A stretch of 64,000 nucleotides of DNA from an uncultured Thermoplasmatales archaeon (GTDB lineage Archaea; Thermoplasmatota; SW-10-69-26): NCBI GenBank assembly GCA_964581775.1, contig CAZOQA010000001.1:38646-102645 (forward strand), given 5' to 3'. A model generated the notes under the pieces. It was not told the DNA's origin, did not search any database, and saw only the letters and a list, made by a program, of their open reading frames with translations. The first letter of the stretch is position 1. Each line of letters starts with the position of its first letter. Below, one piece after another: positions 28,229 through 38,405 of the stretch. Both the position numbers and the translations under genes were made by a program.

Positions 28229-29275
28229 TCAGGACACGTTGATCGTGTGGGGTCCCCTGGAGGGGTCCAGCTTGGGCGCGGTCACCTTGAGGATCCCGTC
28301 CTCGAACTCGGCTTGGATGTTGTCCGTGTCCACGGGCGTCGTCAGGGGGATGGTGCGCTGGTAGGTGACGCTTCCGCGCTCGCTCTGGAGCAGGTTCTCG
28401 TCCTCGTGCGGGTCCCGGACCGTGGATGCGTGGAGCTGGATCTGGTTCTCCCGGGCGGTCAGGTTGATCTTCTCCTTCTGGGTGCCTGGGATCTCGATCT
28501 CGAGCACGAGGTTCTCCTCCGCGTCGATCACGTCTACGGGGGGTTGTCGGACGACGCGCTGTTGGCCTTGACCCACGGGGGGTTGTTGCATCTGGCCTAG
28601 CCCTATCATGGGGGAGGGCTGGAGGGGTTGCTGGGGGGAGATGGCGCCTTGCCGTTGCATCATGCCTGGCTGGCCTGGGTTGGTGCGGTGCTGGGGCGAG
28701 GCTTGTTGGACGGGGGTCTGGGGTAGTTGGCTGGCGGGGCCCTGGATCTGCGGGGAGGGGGTCCCGATCTGTGGCTGGGGGTTGGCCTGGATGCCGGGCT
28801 GGGACCAAGGCGGAACTCCCTGGAGGGGCTGTTGAGGGGCAGGGGTCTGGCCCGGGATGGGGATCTGGCTCCCCTGTAGAGGCGTGGATTGGATGGTGGC
28901 GGGTGGTTGGGGTTGCATGGGTTGGCTCACCGGTTGCTGGGGTTGTTGGAGGGGGGATCGTTGCTGGAACGGTTGGTGGGGTTGCGCGGGCAGCTGGGGT
29001 TGGATCTGTTGCCGGCGTTGCTGTTGCGGGGCCGGTTGTCGTTGGGGTATCTGTTGGGAGGGCCGTTGCTGAAGCTGTTGCGGGGATTGGATCTGCTGGG
29101 GTTGGCCGAACGATGGTTTGAGCTGGCCTGGGGGTTCTGCGATGCCTTGCGCTGCCAGGGGGGGCTGTTGGCTGCCTTGCTCCTGGAGGCGGGGATGCGT
29201 TTGCGCGTACTGCTCGGACTGGAAGAGGGGGTTGATTTGGCGTTCGCGTTCGAGTCGAGGGTTCCTATAGGTCAT
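28229..29275 (-). CDS. Hsp20/alpha-crystallin protein with long Gln/Pro-rich N-terminal region
   Basis: PPVDVID...IPG...ER...RTIPL...AEFEDGILKV and terminal INV motif; AGGAG upstream of ATG 29275. Confidence 0.9.
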   Translation of the reverse strand: MTYRNPRLERERQINPLFQSEQYAQTHPRLQEQGSQQPPLAAQGIAEPPGQLKPSFGQPQQIQSPQQLQQRPSQQIPQRQPAPQQQRRQQIQPQLPAQPHQPFQQRSPLQQPQQPVSQPMQPQPPATIQSTPLQGSQIPIPGQTPAPQQPLQGVPPWSQPGIQANPQPQIGTPSPQIQGPASQLPQTPVQQASPQHRTNPGQPGMMQRQGAISPQQPLQPSPMIGLGQMQQPPVGQGQQRVVRQPPVDVIDAEENLVLEIEIPGTQKEKINLTARENQIQLHASTVRDPHEDENLLQSERGSVTYQRTIPLTTPVDTDNIQAEFEDGILKVTAPKLDPSRGPHTINVS

Positions 29276-29626
29276 GCGTCTCACTCCTGACCCTGAGGGG
29301 AGCAACCCGGGCTCTCTGGGACGAGACACCGCCGCCCGCGCCGGCTCCTCGGGATGCAACCGCGAAGATGCGTGGCGCCCTCTTGACCACCTTGAAGCCG
29401 ACTCGACGGGCGGGCACTCGTCCCTTGGACCGCCAAAGCCCCCGTGGGGCCCTCCAGGTTCGGCTGCCGGTTCCAAGCGCCTGCTACGCGGCGAGGCCGA
29501 TGATGCCCAGCTCCCGTAACCGGTAAACATGAGGAACCACGGGAAGGTGTGCCAAGACGGTGAGCGGCAAACGGGGCCCCCTCCTCGACCGGTCCCCCTT
29601 CTCCCATCCGCACCACCTCAGGAGAG

Positions 29627-29638
29627 GGCTTTTATACT
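29627..29638 (+). promoter_or_regulatory. Probable TATA box (TTTTATA) for the response regulator; reads TATAAAA on the minus strand
   Basis: AT-rich box about 25-30 nt upstream of ATG 29660 in GC-rich context. Confidence 0.5.
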
Positions 29639-29659
29639 CGTGCTGAGGGACCCGATGAT

Positions 29660-30082
29660 ATGGAGCATACTGGCCCCAAGGATCCCGTGCGCGCGCTCGA
29701 TGTGATGATCGTCGACGACGCCGTGACGGTCCGATCCAAAACCCGCGCCATGCTCGAGAGCCTCTCCATCCCGGACGAGAACATCCGGGAGGCCGAAAGC
29801 GCCCGCGACGCGCTCGACCAGGTCAAAGAGAAACAGCCCGACCTGTTGTTCCTGGACCTGGTTCTCCCGGACATCCCGGGGCAAGAGCTCGGCAGCGTCT
29901 TCATGGACAAGCACCCGGAGACGAACGTGGTCCTGTTGACCGCGCTCGACCGGGACGACTCCCGCGTGCGCCGGCTCGTCTCCAAGGGCGCCTTTGACGT
30001 GATCGAGAAGCCCGTCCGACGCGGCGACATGAACGAGCTGCTCAACAGGCTCCGCGACGAAGGCCTCCCCGATAAGGCGTAA
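29660..30082 (+). CDS. Single-domain CheY-like response regulator
   Basis: IVDD, FLDLVLPD (phospho-Asp), LTA, EKP. Confidence 0.9.
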   Translation: MEHTGPKDPVRALDVMIVDDAVTVRSKTRAMLESLSIPDENIREAESARDALDQVKEKQPDLLFLDLVLPDIPGQELGSVFMDKHPETNVVLLTALDRDDSRVRRLVSKGAFDVIEKPVRRGDMNELLNRLRDEGLPDKA

Positions 30083-30279
30083 ACGATGACCCCCGCCGCC
30101 TCGAGCACGACCCCGTCGCGCGCTAGAGGCCCCCCACACCGGGCCTCCTCCCTGGACCCCTCTCCCTTCAATCCTTGACCGGGCCTCCGACGAGAGCCCC
30201 AACCACGACCCGCGCAGGTTCGGCGTTGAACGAACCCGCGAACGGTACCCTTTTCAACCCCCGCCAAGTCGAACCCCCG

Positions 30280-31071
30280 ATGGCACCCCAGACCGCGACC
30301 GCGACCCCACGCGAGCGCCTGTTAAGCCACCTTCAAGAAAGCGCCTGGCTCACCAAAGCCCTCTACGCGATCGGGTTCGCGCTCATCACCGCAGCCCTCG
30401 CCCAGGTCCGCTTCTATGCCCCCTGGAACCCCTACGTCCCCTACACCGGCCAAGTCCTCGGCGTGCTCGGAGCCGGTCTCATCCTGGGGCCCCGAACCGG
30501 GTCCGCCTCCATGGGCATCTACCTCGCCCTCGGCGCCATCGGGCTGCCCGTGTTCGCCGACCAACAAGCCGGGCTCGAGATCCTGCTCGGAGCCACCGCC
30601 GGGTACCTTCTTGCCTTCCCCATCGCCGCCTGGATCACCGGGCACCTCTCCCGGCGCTACCTCGACACGCCCAGCGAGGACCTGCTCAGCCGCCTTGGCC
30701 TTGCCACCCTAGCCGGCTACCTGGTGCTCTTCGGCATCGGGGCCGCCTTGCTGGGCGTCTTCGGCGTGCTCGCCACGGAAGGCCTCGGCCTGACCGTGCT
30801 CGTCTCCAGCGCCGCCATCGCGCTTTTGACGATCCTCCTCTGGACCTGGTCCCGCAAGGAATCGAAAGCCTTCCTGGCCCGCCTGGCCATCGCCCTGATC
30901 GGCGTTCTCGCCATCTACACTGTCGGATGGATCGGGCTCGCCGTCGCCACCGAGATGACCTGGAGCGCCGCGCTCGCGCAAGGCGTCATCCAGTTCGTCC
31001 CCATCGACATGGCTAAGGCCTTCCTCGCAGCCGGCGCGACCACGCTGGCCCTCCCCCCCGAAGCCGCCTGA
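30280..31071 (+). CDS. bioY: BioY biotin transporter with extra TM helices
   Basis: VPYTGQ, GAIGLPVFA, GATAGYL, D..K motifs. Confidence 0.88.
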   Translation: MAPQTATATPRERLLSHLQESAWLTKALYAIGFALITAALAQVRFYAPWNPYVPYTGQVLGVLGAGLILGPRTGSASMGIYLALGAIGLPVFADQQAGLEILLGATAGYLLAFPIAAWITGHLSRRYLDTPSEDLLSRLGLATLAGYLVLFGIGAALLGVFGVLATEGLGLTVLVSSAAIALLTILLWTWSRKESKAFLARLAIALIGVLAIYTVGWIGLAVATEMTWSAALAQGVIQFVPIDMAKAFLAAGATTLALPPEAA

Positions 31072-31263
31072 CGACCGCGCCGGGCGAGCGTTTTTTCAAG
31101 GGACCGGAATCTGCCCCCCACATGCGCGGCACGGCGTTCCCCCCCACCCGCCGGCGTACAGCCCACGTGAGAGCCTCCACGGGCCCGCCGCTGGAAGATC
31201 CCGCCGCGCCCAGGGACGCAAGCCCGTGCTCCGGAGGACCGCCTCGACGCCCGGGGGAGGCTC

Positions 31264-32292
31264 ATGGAGGAACACGCTGACCACGTCGCGGAGCTCCTCG
31301 ACGAAGAGGACTTCGTCGCCGTCACCGAGGACACGTTCGCCGGCATCGCCATCCAGCGCTTCCGCGAGTTCGAACCCGTCGACGAAGAGACCACCATCTA
31401 CTACCTCTACGTCGTCGACCACGACGGCCGCCTCGTCGGCGTCCTCTCCTTCCGAGAGCTGCTGAACGCGCCCCGCGACCACCCCGTCTCGGACTACATG
31501 GAGACCGATCTTCTCACGATCGCAGCCGACGCGGACCCCGAGAAGGCCATGCAGGTCATCGCCGGCACCGACTTCCCCGCGGTGCCCGTCGTGGACGACG
31601 CCCACGGGCTCGTGGGCGTGCTCCGCACCGAGGACCTGCTCGACGTCGCCGAGGAGGAAGCCACCGAGGACATCATGAAGACCGCCGGGTTCTCCTTCAT
31701 GGACATCGAGTCCTCCAGGAGCGAAGCCATCCTCGAGTCCAACATCCCGCGCATCCTGCGCCTTCGGCTCCCGTGGCTTCTGATCGCCCTCGTCGGGGGG
31801 TTGCTGGCAGGCTTCGTCGTCGAAGGCTTCGAGGAGACGCTCGGCACCGTCATCGCGGTCATGTTCTTCGTGCCCGTGATCATGGACATGGGCGGAAACG
31901 TGGGCACCCAAGCCTCCACCATCTTCGTCCGAGGCCTCGCCACCGGCCACATCGACGACCGCAACGCGTTCTGGCACTTCGGCCGCGAAGGCCTCGTAGG
32001 CGCCAGCATCGGCATCATCATCGGAAGCCTCGGAGGCGGTGCCGCGTACCTCTGGCAAGGCGTCATCAGCGACCACCCCGAAGCCGGGACGCTCGCGTTC
32101 GTCGTCTTCGTCTCCCTCGTCGCCGTCTCCATGGTCGCAAGCGTCATCGGGTTCGTGATCCCCTGGATCATGCACAAGCTCGGCATCGACCCTGCCGCCG
32201 CCAGCACGCCCCTGATCACCACCGTCAAAGACGTGCTCGCGCTGATGATCTACTTCGCCCTCGCCACGTCGCTCCTCACCGGGCTCACCTGA
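31264..32292 (+). CDS. mgtE: MgtE magnesium transporter (CBS pair + TM domain)
   Basis: YYLYVVD, RLPWL, MGGNVGTQ, DPAAASTPLITTVKD. Confidence 0.93.
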   Translation: MEEHADHVAELLDEEDFVAVTEDTFAGIAIQRFREFEPVDEETTIYYLYVVDHDGRLVGVLSFRELLNAPRDHPVSDYMETDLLTIAADADPEKAMQVIAGTDFPAVPVVDDAHGLVGVLRTEDLLDVAEEEATEDIMKTAGFSFMDIESSRSEAILESNIPRILRLRLPWLLIALVGGLLAGFVVEGFEETLGTVIAVMFFVPVIMDMGGNVGTQASTIFVRGLATGHIDDRNAFWHFGREGLVGASIGIIIGSLGGGAAYLWQGVISDHPEAGTLAFVVFVSLVAVSMVASVIGFVIPWIMHKLGIDPAAASTPLITTVKDVLALMIYFALATSLLTGLT

Positions 32293-32357
32293 CCCACGGC
32301 CCCCGCGTGCCGCGACCCGCACGTACTTACGAGAGGCGGCCCCCACGTACAACCAGC

Positions 32358-33641
32358 GTGGCCTCGAACAGCTTCTCCCGAACCCACCAAGACCTCGTCT
32401 CGACGTTGCAAGAGAGAGGCTTCATCGAACGCGACGAGACCGCGCACGCCCTCCAAGCCACGCCCCGAGGCCCCCTCCTCCACGACGCCGCACGGCCCCT
32501 GGCCACGACCGACGCGCCCGCGCCCATGGTGGACGCGACCCGACAAGTCACCCCCTGCCCCAGCCCCCGCACCGCCGCCACGCTCATCGAAGCGCTCCAC
32601 CTCGAACCCCACCACGAGACCCTCATCGTCGGAAGCGGCATCGCCTGGACCGGCGCCCTCGCCGCCGCGCTCGCCCCCGAAGCCACCATCACGCTCCACG
32701 AGCACGAACCCCCCCTCCAAGAGCACACGCGCAAGCTTCTCCACGAAGGGACGCTCCCCGACAACGCCACCCTCCAAACCTCCACGCGCGATTTGCCCCG
32801 CACCCTCGATCGCGTCCTCGTCGCCGACCCCCACCTGGACCCCACGCCCTTCGAGGACCGCCTCGCCGACGAGGGCGTCCTCGTGCACCCCACCGCCAGC
32901 CCCGAAGGCATGGGCCTCATCCGAGCCTACCACGACGGGACCGACACCGTCAAGCTCCACCTCGACGACACGCACATCGCCCGACAACCCGACGTGCTCC
33001 AACAAGCCCCCACCGAGGACGGCGTAAGCGTTGCCCAGCTTCTCGCCACGGAAGCCCTCCTCGAGACTGCCTGGACCGAAGCCCGGCCCGGCGAGACCGT
33101 GCAAGAGATCCGGGAAGCCACCGAGGAGACCATCGGGCGCGCCTTCGCCGAACGAGGCCTCCGATCCAGCCGCCCCATCGAAGCCCGCGTCGCCCAGGGC
33201 GCCTTCTACACCGCGTACGTCCACCAACGAACCGGCGAGCTCCGGGAAGCCAGCTTCGCCTACACCGCCAGCGCGGACATCATCGAAAGCGCCGAAGCCT
33301 ACACGTTCCGAGGGTGGACCCGATCCCACCAAGGCGACCTCGAAGGCGCCATCCAAGACTGCAAGCACGCCATCCAGGTCGACCCCGCGCTCGGGAACCC
33401 TTACAACGACATCGGCGCCTACCTTCTCGAGAAGGGCAACGCCCGCGAAGCCGTCTCCTGGTTCGAGGACGCCACCGACGCGGACCGCTACACATCGCGA
33501 CACTTCCCGTACCTCAACCTCGGCCGCGCCCACCTACGCCTGGGCAACCGAGACGAAGCCCGGCAAGCCCTCGAGCGCGTGCTCGAGCTCGACCCGGGCA
33601 ACGTGCCGGCCACGCGCCTGCTCGAACGCATGCAAGACTGA
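32358..33641 (+). CDS. Fusion of a degenerate protein-L-isoaspartate methyltransferase-like domain and TPR repeats
   Basis: N-terminus resembles PIMT (LQATPR, SPR..A.LIEAL.L, LIVGSG); C-terminal TPRs (AEAYTFRGW, GNPYNDIGAYL, PYLNLGRAH); GTG start inferred. Confidence 0.7.
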   Translation: MASNSFSRTHQDLVSTLQERGFIERDETAHALQATPRGPLLHDAARPLATTDAPAPMVDATRQVTPCPSPRTAATLIEALHLEPHHETLIVGSGIAWTGALAAALAPEATITLHEHEPPLQEHTRKLLHEGTLPDNATLQTSTRDLPRTLDRVLVADPHLDPTPFEDRLADEGVLVHPTASPEGMGLIRAYHDGTDTVKLHLDDTHIARQPDVLQQAPTEDGVSVAQLLATEALLETAWTEARPGETVQEIREATEETIGRAFAERGLRSSRPIEARVAQGAFYTAYVHQRTGELREASFAYTASADIIESAEAYTFRGWTRSHQGDLEGAIQDCKHAIQVDPALGNPYNDIGAYLLEKGNAREAVSWFEDATDADRYTSRHFPYLNLGRAHLRLGNRDEARQALERVLELDPGNVPATRLLERMQD

Positions 33642-33647
33642 AGCGCC

Positions 33648-35003
33648 CTAACCCAAACCGGCCGCGGAGCGAGCCCGAGACCGGCCCGCCTTGGTCGCCT
33701 CCTCCAGGCCTGCGGACCGCTCCACCACGTACGTGGCGGGGTCACGGTTGTCCTTGATCTCGTCGGGAAGACGATTGAACTCGTCCCGGAACCTCGACCG
33801 GGCCTCCTCGATCGCCTGGCGCGGGTCCCTTGCCCGCAAAGGCACCAACAAGGGCTCGCCCTCCACCCCCTCGCCTTTCTGACCGAGGACATCGCCCACG
33901 AACCGATCCTCCTCCGCGCGCCGACCCACGCTCTTGCGACCGGGAAGGATGTGCTTGCCCTTGGAGAGCTTCGTCACGGGCTCCCCCTCGAACTCCACGA
34001 GCTTGTACACGAGATCCAAGGAGGGAGCATCCTGGCTCGTCACCAGCCGGGTCCCCACGCCCATCCCGGACACCGGAGCACCCTCTCCCAAAAGCTCCTC
34101 GATCGCATCCTCGTCCAAACCCCCGCTGACGAACACGTCCACCCCCCCGAGCCCCTCTTCGTCCAACCGCTCCCGGGTTCTCGACGCAAGCTTCCCTAGA
34201 TCGCCCGAATCGATCCGCACGCCGCCCAGCGAGCCTCCCTCGTCCTCCAGGCGCTTGGCCACGCGGATGGCCTTCTCTAAGCCCGCCATCGTATCGAAGG
34301 TATCCACCAGAAGCGTCGTCCCATCCGGGTACGAGGAGGCGAACGCGTCCAGCGCCCGTTCCTCATCTTCGAAAGCTTGAACGTAGCTGTGCGCCATCGT
34401 CCCGAAGCAGGGGATCCCATAGGCTCGGGAGGCCTCCACCAGGGAGGTCCCCGCGAACCCCGCCAGGTAGGCTCCCCTCGCGGCCGCGTGGGCGGCATCT
34501 TCCCCGTGGGCGCGTCGCGCCCCGAAGTCCACCAGCACCGGTTGGGGGCCATCCGACGAGCCAGCTGCGTGGACGCACCGGGCCGCCTTGGTGGCCGTGA
34601 GCATCCCGACCTGCACCGCGTTCAACAGGATCGTCTCAGCCAGCTGCGCCCACGGGAGGGGACCGGTGACCTCGAGCACCGGCTCGTACGGGAACACGAG
34701 GCGACCTTCGGGAATCCCGCGCACGCGGACCTCGTCGGCCACGTTCAGCCCATCCAGCGCGTCGGTCAGATCCTCGGAGAACCCTCGCTCTTCCAAGAAC
34801 GAGAGCATCCCATCGCCGAAGGAGAACCGCTCTAACCGCCCCAAAGCATGGTTCACCCCCGCCGAGACCAAGTAGCCGCGTCGAGGGGGAAGTTGGCGCA
34901 CGTGAAGGTCGAACGTTGCCTCCCCCATCACATCGTGCTCCACGTAGGATTGAGCCATGGCGAACTCGTACAGGTCCGTGAAAAAGCCCGTTCGCTCCGG
35001 CAT
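33648..35003 (-). CDS. pncB: Nicotinate phosphoribosyltransferase
   Basis: TDLYE, DFGARRAH, GTMAHS, LVDTFD, RIDSGD, VYKL. Confidence 0.95.
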   Translation of the reverse strand: MPERTGFFTDLYEFAMAQSYVEHDVMGEATFDLHVRQLPPRRGYLVSAGVNHALGRLERFSFGDGMLSFLEERGFSEDLTDALDGLNVADEVRVRGIPEGRLVFPYEPVLEVTGPLPWAQLAETILLNAVQVGMLTATKAARCVHAAGSSDGPQPVLVDFGARRAHGEDAAHAAARGAYLAGFAGTSLVEASRAYGIPCFGTMAHSYVQAFEDEERALDAFASSYPDGTTLLVDTFDTMAGLEKAIRVAKRLEDEGGSLGGVRIDSGDLGKLASRTRERLDEEGLGGVDVFVSGGLDEDAIEELLGEGAPVSGMGVGTRLVTSQDAPSLDLVYKLVEFEGEPVTKLSKGKHILPGRKSVGRRAEEDRFVGDVLGQKGEGVEGEPLLVPLRARDPRQAIEEARSRFRDEFNRLPDEIKDNRDPATYVVERSAGLEEATKAGRSRARSAAGLG

Positions 35004-35309
35004 CGACGCCGCGAACAGCGGGCATCCCCGAAACCCTTGCCCCCGGGGGCGAGGCGAGATGCCGCCGAACCGCGCCCCCCGCCCACCCTCGCCGCTTATA
35101 TACTACCTGTGTCATGGCCGCCTCCGCCCAGCCTGAGAACCCTCCTGGTGTCGCTCATGCACGTGCAACCGAACCCCTATCTCCACGCGCACCCTCCCGT
35201 GACGGGGACACAACGCGACACCCCTCGCCGGTCCCCCACGCTTAACAACAAGACCGGCGTGCAGGGTAGCGTGCGCGAACCCTCCGCACTCAACGACGGT
35301 GTCTAACCG

Positions 35310-35978
35310 ATGTACTGGCTGACCGAGATCCAGGACACGGTACGCATCCCCCCCGACGAGCTCAACCGGGACCCCGATGAGGTCGTCCAAGAGCTCGTGT
35401 GGAAGACATTCGAGGGCCGCCTATCCAAAGAGCGCGGTTTCCTCGTCATGGCCACGGACGTCGAGCGAGCTGGTCCGGGCCGCGTCATCCACGGGGATGG
35501 AGGCGTATACCAACACGTCCGGTTCAAAGCCCTCACCTTCAAGCCCGAAGTCGGTGAGCTCGTGGAAGGCACCGTGTGCGAGGTGGCCGAGTTCGGGGCC
35601 TTCCTCCGCTTTGGCCCCCTCGACGGGCTCCTTCACATGTCGCAGATCCTCAACGACTACCTCAACGTGGACTTGGGGAACCAGCGCCTCGTCGGGAAAG
35701 AGACCGACCGGACGCTCGGCCTCGACGACAAGGTCCGAGCGAGGCTTGTCACCGTCAGCCTCAACGAATCCAGCCCCCGCGAGAGCCGTATCGGGCTTAC
35801 CATGCGCCAAGACGGCCTGGGCAAGTTCGACTGGCTCGAGGAGGACCTCGGCGTCGACGTCGACACGGCCGTGGGGACCACAGAGATCCTTGCCGAGCTG
35901 GACCTGGACCCCTACGACCCGGACGCCACACCCGAGGAAGGCGAAGAGGAGACGCAGGCCCAGGAGGCTCAGGCGTGA
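35310..35978 (+). CDS. rpo7: DNA-directed RNA polymerase subunit Rpo7 (E')
   Basis: VRIPP, GDGGVY, FGAF.RFGPLDGLLHMSQI, IGLTMRQ.GLG. Confidence 0.96.
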   Translation: MYWLTEIQDTVRIPPDELNRDPDEVVQELVWKTFEGRLSKERGFLVMATDVERAGPGRVIHGDGGVYQHVRFKALTFKPEVGELVEGTVCEVAEFGAFLRFGPLDGLLHMSQILNDYLNVDLGNQRLVGKETDRTLGLDDKVRARLVTVSLNESSPRESRIGLTMRQDGLGKFDWLEEDLGVDVDTAVGTTEILAELDLDPYDPDATPEEGEEETQAQEAQA

Positions 35979-36166
35979 GCAAGAAAGAACGAGCCTGCCG
36001 GCAGTGCCACGCCATCACGAACGAGAACGAGTGTCCAGCCTGCCACAGCGACGACCTGAGCGACGACTACCTCGGGTACGTGATCGTTCGCGACCCCTCT
36101 AGCAGCATCATCGCGGAGAAGATGACGATCGACGCCCCAGGCAAGTACGCTCTCAAGGTGCGCTGA
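35975..36166 (+). CDS. spt4: Transcription elongation factor Spt4 (RpoE'')
   Basis: ACRQCH...CPACHS...S.IA...PGKYALKVR; GTG overlaps the rpo7 stop. Confidence 0.95.
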   Translation: MSKKERACRQCHAITNENECPACHSDDLSDDYLGYVIVRDPSSSIIAEKMTIDAPGKYALKVR

Positions 36167-36654
36167 TGTATCAGCTCCCCGAGTCCCTCCGACACGAACT
36201 CAAGAAACCGTTCGGCACGGTCACGGCGGGGCCGCTCGAACCCCTCCTCGAACACGACACGCTTGCCACGGTCGGGGACGTCGTCACACGGGACGCGCTT
36301 GAAGAGGGCCTCGTTCCCACGCTCATGGTCGTGGACGGGAAAACGCAACGCACCCGCGAGGCGCCCACCGTGCAGGCCCCAGGCAAGGCCCGACGCATCA
36401 CCGTCGAGAACCCCCCCGCGCAGATCACCGAAGAGCTCTGGGGCGCCATCGAAGACGCCTACGAGAGCCCATCCCCCACGTTCATCCAGGTGGAAGGCGA
36501 AGAGGACCTCGCCACGCTTCCTGCCATCGTTCACGCTCCAGACGGGGCCCACGTCGTGTATGGACAACCCGACGAGGGGGCCGTCGTCGTCACAGTGGAT
36601 CAGATCACCCGAGAGCGGGCCGACGATGTGCTCGCTCAGATGGAGGTCGTCTGA
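36166..36654 (+). CDS. GTP-dependent dephospho-CoA kinase (DUF359)
   Basis: LKKPFG, VGDVVT, DGKTQR, NPP, GEEDL, YGQP; conserved operon position. Confidence 0.92.
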   Translation: MYQLPESLRHELKKPFGTVTAGPLEPLLEHDTLATVGDVVTRDALEEGLVPTLMVVDGKTQRTREAPTVQAPGKARRITVENPPAQITEELWGAIEDAYESPSPTFIQVEGEEDLATLPAIVHAPDGAHVVYGQPDEGAVVVTVDQITRERADDVLAQMEVV

Positions 36655-36941
36655 TGGACATCGAAGAGAAAAACAAACGAGAAAACCCCCTCCTGGGGCG
36701 CACCGAGCTGGAGTTCCTTCTCCACCACCCCGGCGAGGAGACGCCCGAGAGGGACAGCGTCAGGAACCTCGTCGCCGATCACGTCGGCGGCGACCCCGAG
36801 AGCACCGTGATCGACCACCTCAAAAGCGAGTTCGGTCGCCCCACGACTCGAGGGTACGCGAAGATCTACGAGAGCCCCGAGGAGGCCCAGCATGTCGAAG
36901 CGGATCACCTCCTCGAACGGAACAAGCTCAAGGAGGCCTGA
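36654..36941 (+). CDS. rps24e: 30S ribosomal protein S24e
   Basis: NPLLGR.E, TP.R, FG, GYAKIY, RN. Confidence 0.96.
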   Translation: MDIEEKNKRENPLLGRTELEFLLHHPGEETPERDSVRNLVADHVGGDPESTVIDHLKSEFGRPTTRGYAKIYESPEEAQHVEADHLLERNKLKEA

Positions 36942-36943
36942 CC

Positions 36944-37093
36944 GTGACCAAAAGAGAGCTCTACTCCGTCGAGGATGGAGAGCTCACCCGCTCCCGGGAA
37001 GCCTGCCCGAAATGCGGCGACGGGGTCTTCCTCGCCGAGCACGACGACCGCAAGGCCTGCGGTCGCTGTGGCTACACCGAGTTCGAGGAGTAG
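36944..37093 (+). CDS. rps27ae: 30S ribosomal protein S27ae
   Basis: [27 protein letters not shown] start. Confidence 0.96.
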   Translation: MTKRELYSVEDGELTRSREACPKCGDGVFLAEHDDRKACGRCGYTEFEE

Positions 37094-37298
37094 GGCAACC
37101 GCCCGCAAGATCCCTGCCAGGAGCCCCCCCGCAGAGGCCCCTCTGCACGGAGCCCGCGTGCGTGAGCGCGCTCTCCGAACATGTTCGACAGGGAGAAGGC
37201 GGGGTAATCTCCGTTTTTCGAGGTGTGTACCATTTTTCGGCGTTCGTACGAGAACCATCAAGTGCAAGCCCCGGGCCAGTACCGACCGGTGAAAGCCC

Positions 37299-38334
37299 AT
37301 GCGAAGCCTCCCAACGCTCATCATCGCCCTCGCCCTCCTGGTTGCACCCCTAGGCGCAGCGCAGACAAGCACCGATAGCGATACCCTCGAGGCCGATGTG
37401 CAGCGCGACCGTGCCGAGATCACGATCACGAATACGACGGGCGACCGCAACGCGACCGTCGGCATCCTCTTCGACACGAACGAAGGGCTTCTCGCCACGA
37501 ACCTCACCGTGGACGAAGGCCAAGAGCATCAGGTCAACGTGAACCTCCACCAGCTCATCGAGTACGAGCCCGGCGACGAGGACGGCTTCGACGAGAACGC
37601 CACCGCCATCTCCACCTGGAACGTCGCCAACGAATCCGAGGACGTCGCCGCTGAAAGCAACGGGACCCTCCAATGGGCCCCCCTCCAGCAGGACAACGTG
37701 ACAGCAGACGACGGCGAGACCGAAGGCCTGCTAGTGACGGGCACGGCCCTCTTCCAAGAAGAACAGCCCGTGCCGATCGAGACCCCTGAAGAGATGCAAG
37801 ACCAGCTCCCCCCCCTCGACGAGAGCAACGTGACGGTCGAGATCGCGGTGTTCGGCCAGAACGCCACATACAACGGCGTCGACGTGGGCCCCATGCAAGC
37901 CGCCGTGAACCTCACCGTGAACGAGTACCCCTACGAGAGCGACGACTCCCGCCTGGCCCTCGTGATGGAAGCCGGCGGAGTCCTACAAGCCACGGACATC
38001 CAGGACGGGTCCCTGATCGCGTCCGAAACCGTCGACAACGCGACCGTGAACCTGGGCCTCGACTGGGACGAGGACGCGCTGCTCGACGACGAGGAAGCAA
38101 GCGTCGACGCGTCCACGCTTGAAGCCCGGGACGACGCCGGCGCAAGCGGCGACCTCATCGTGCTCGACTACGACCAAGCAGACCGCATCGAGCAACACGG
38201 CACCCTCGGCGTCTCGCTCGAGGGGGCCGACGATGGGACCGACGGGGTCCTCACCGACGACGTCCCCGGGCCCTCGCTCGCGGCGGTGCTCGCCGGCGTC
38301 GCCAGGCTGGCCCGGGCCCGCCCGCGCTCCCGAT
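37299..38334 (+). CDS. Secreted acidic surface protein with C-terminal sorting-type tail; true stop obscured by a homopolymer/low-quality tract
   Basis: Signal peptide, many NxT sequons, tail DDVPGPSLAAVLAGVA; the frame then runs through poly-C and antisense into the next gene. Confidence 0.7.
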
Positions 38335-38400
38335 ACCCCCCCCCCCCCCCCCGGGTCGCCCCCGGGGGGGCCCCCGGGGCCCCGCCCCCCTCTCCCCCTC
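38335..38400. repeat. Poly-C and G/C homopolymer low-complexity tract
   Basis: Run of about 18 C followed by further C and G runs. Confidence 0.85.
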
Positions 38401-38405
38401 TGCTT

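Noticed and set aside
28229..29530. Longer 433-aa version of the Hsp20 ORF
   Set aside because: The first 85 codons look non-coding, and ATG 29275 has a good SD
35114..35245. 43-aa ORF between pncB and rpo7
   Set aside because: Atypical codon use and no recognisable features; probably promoter region
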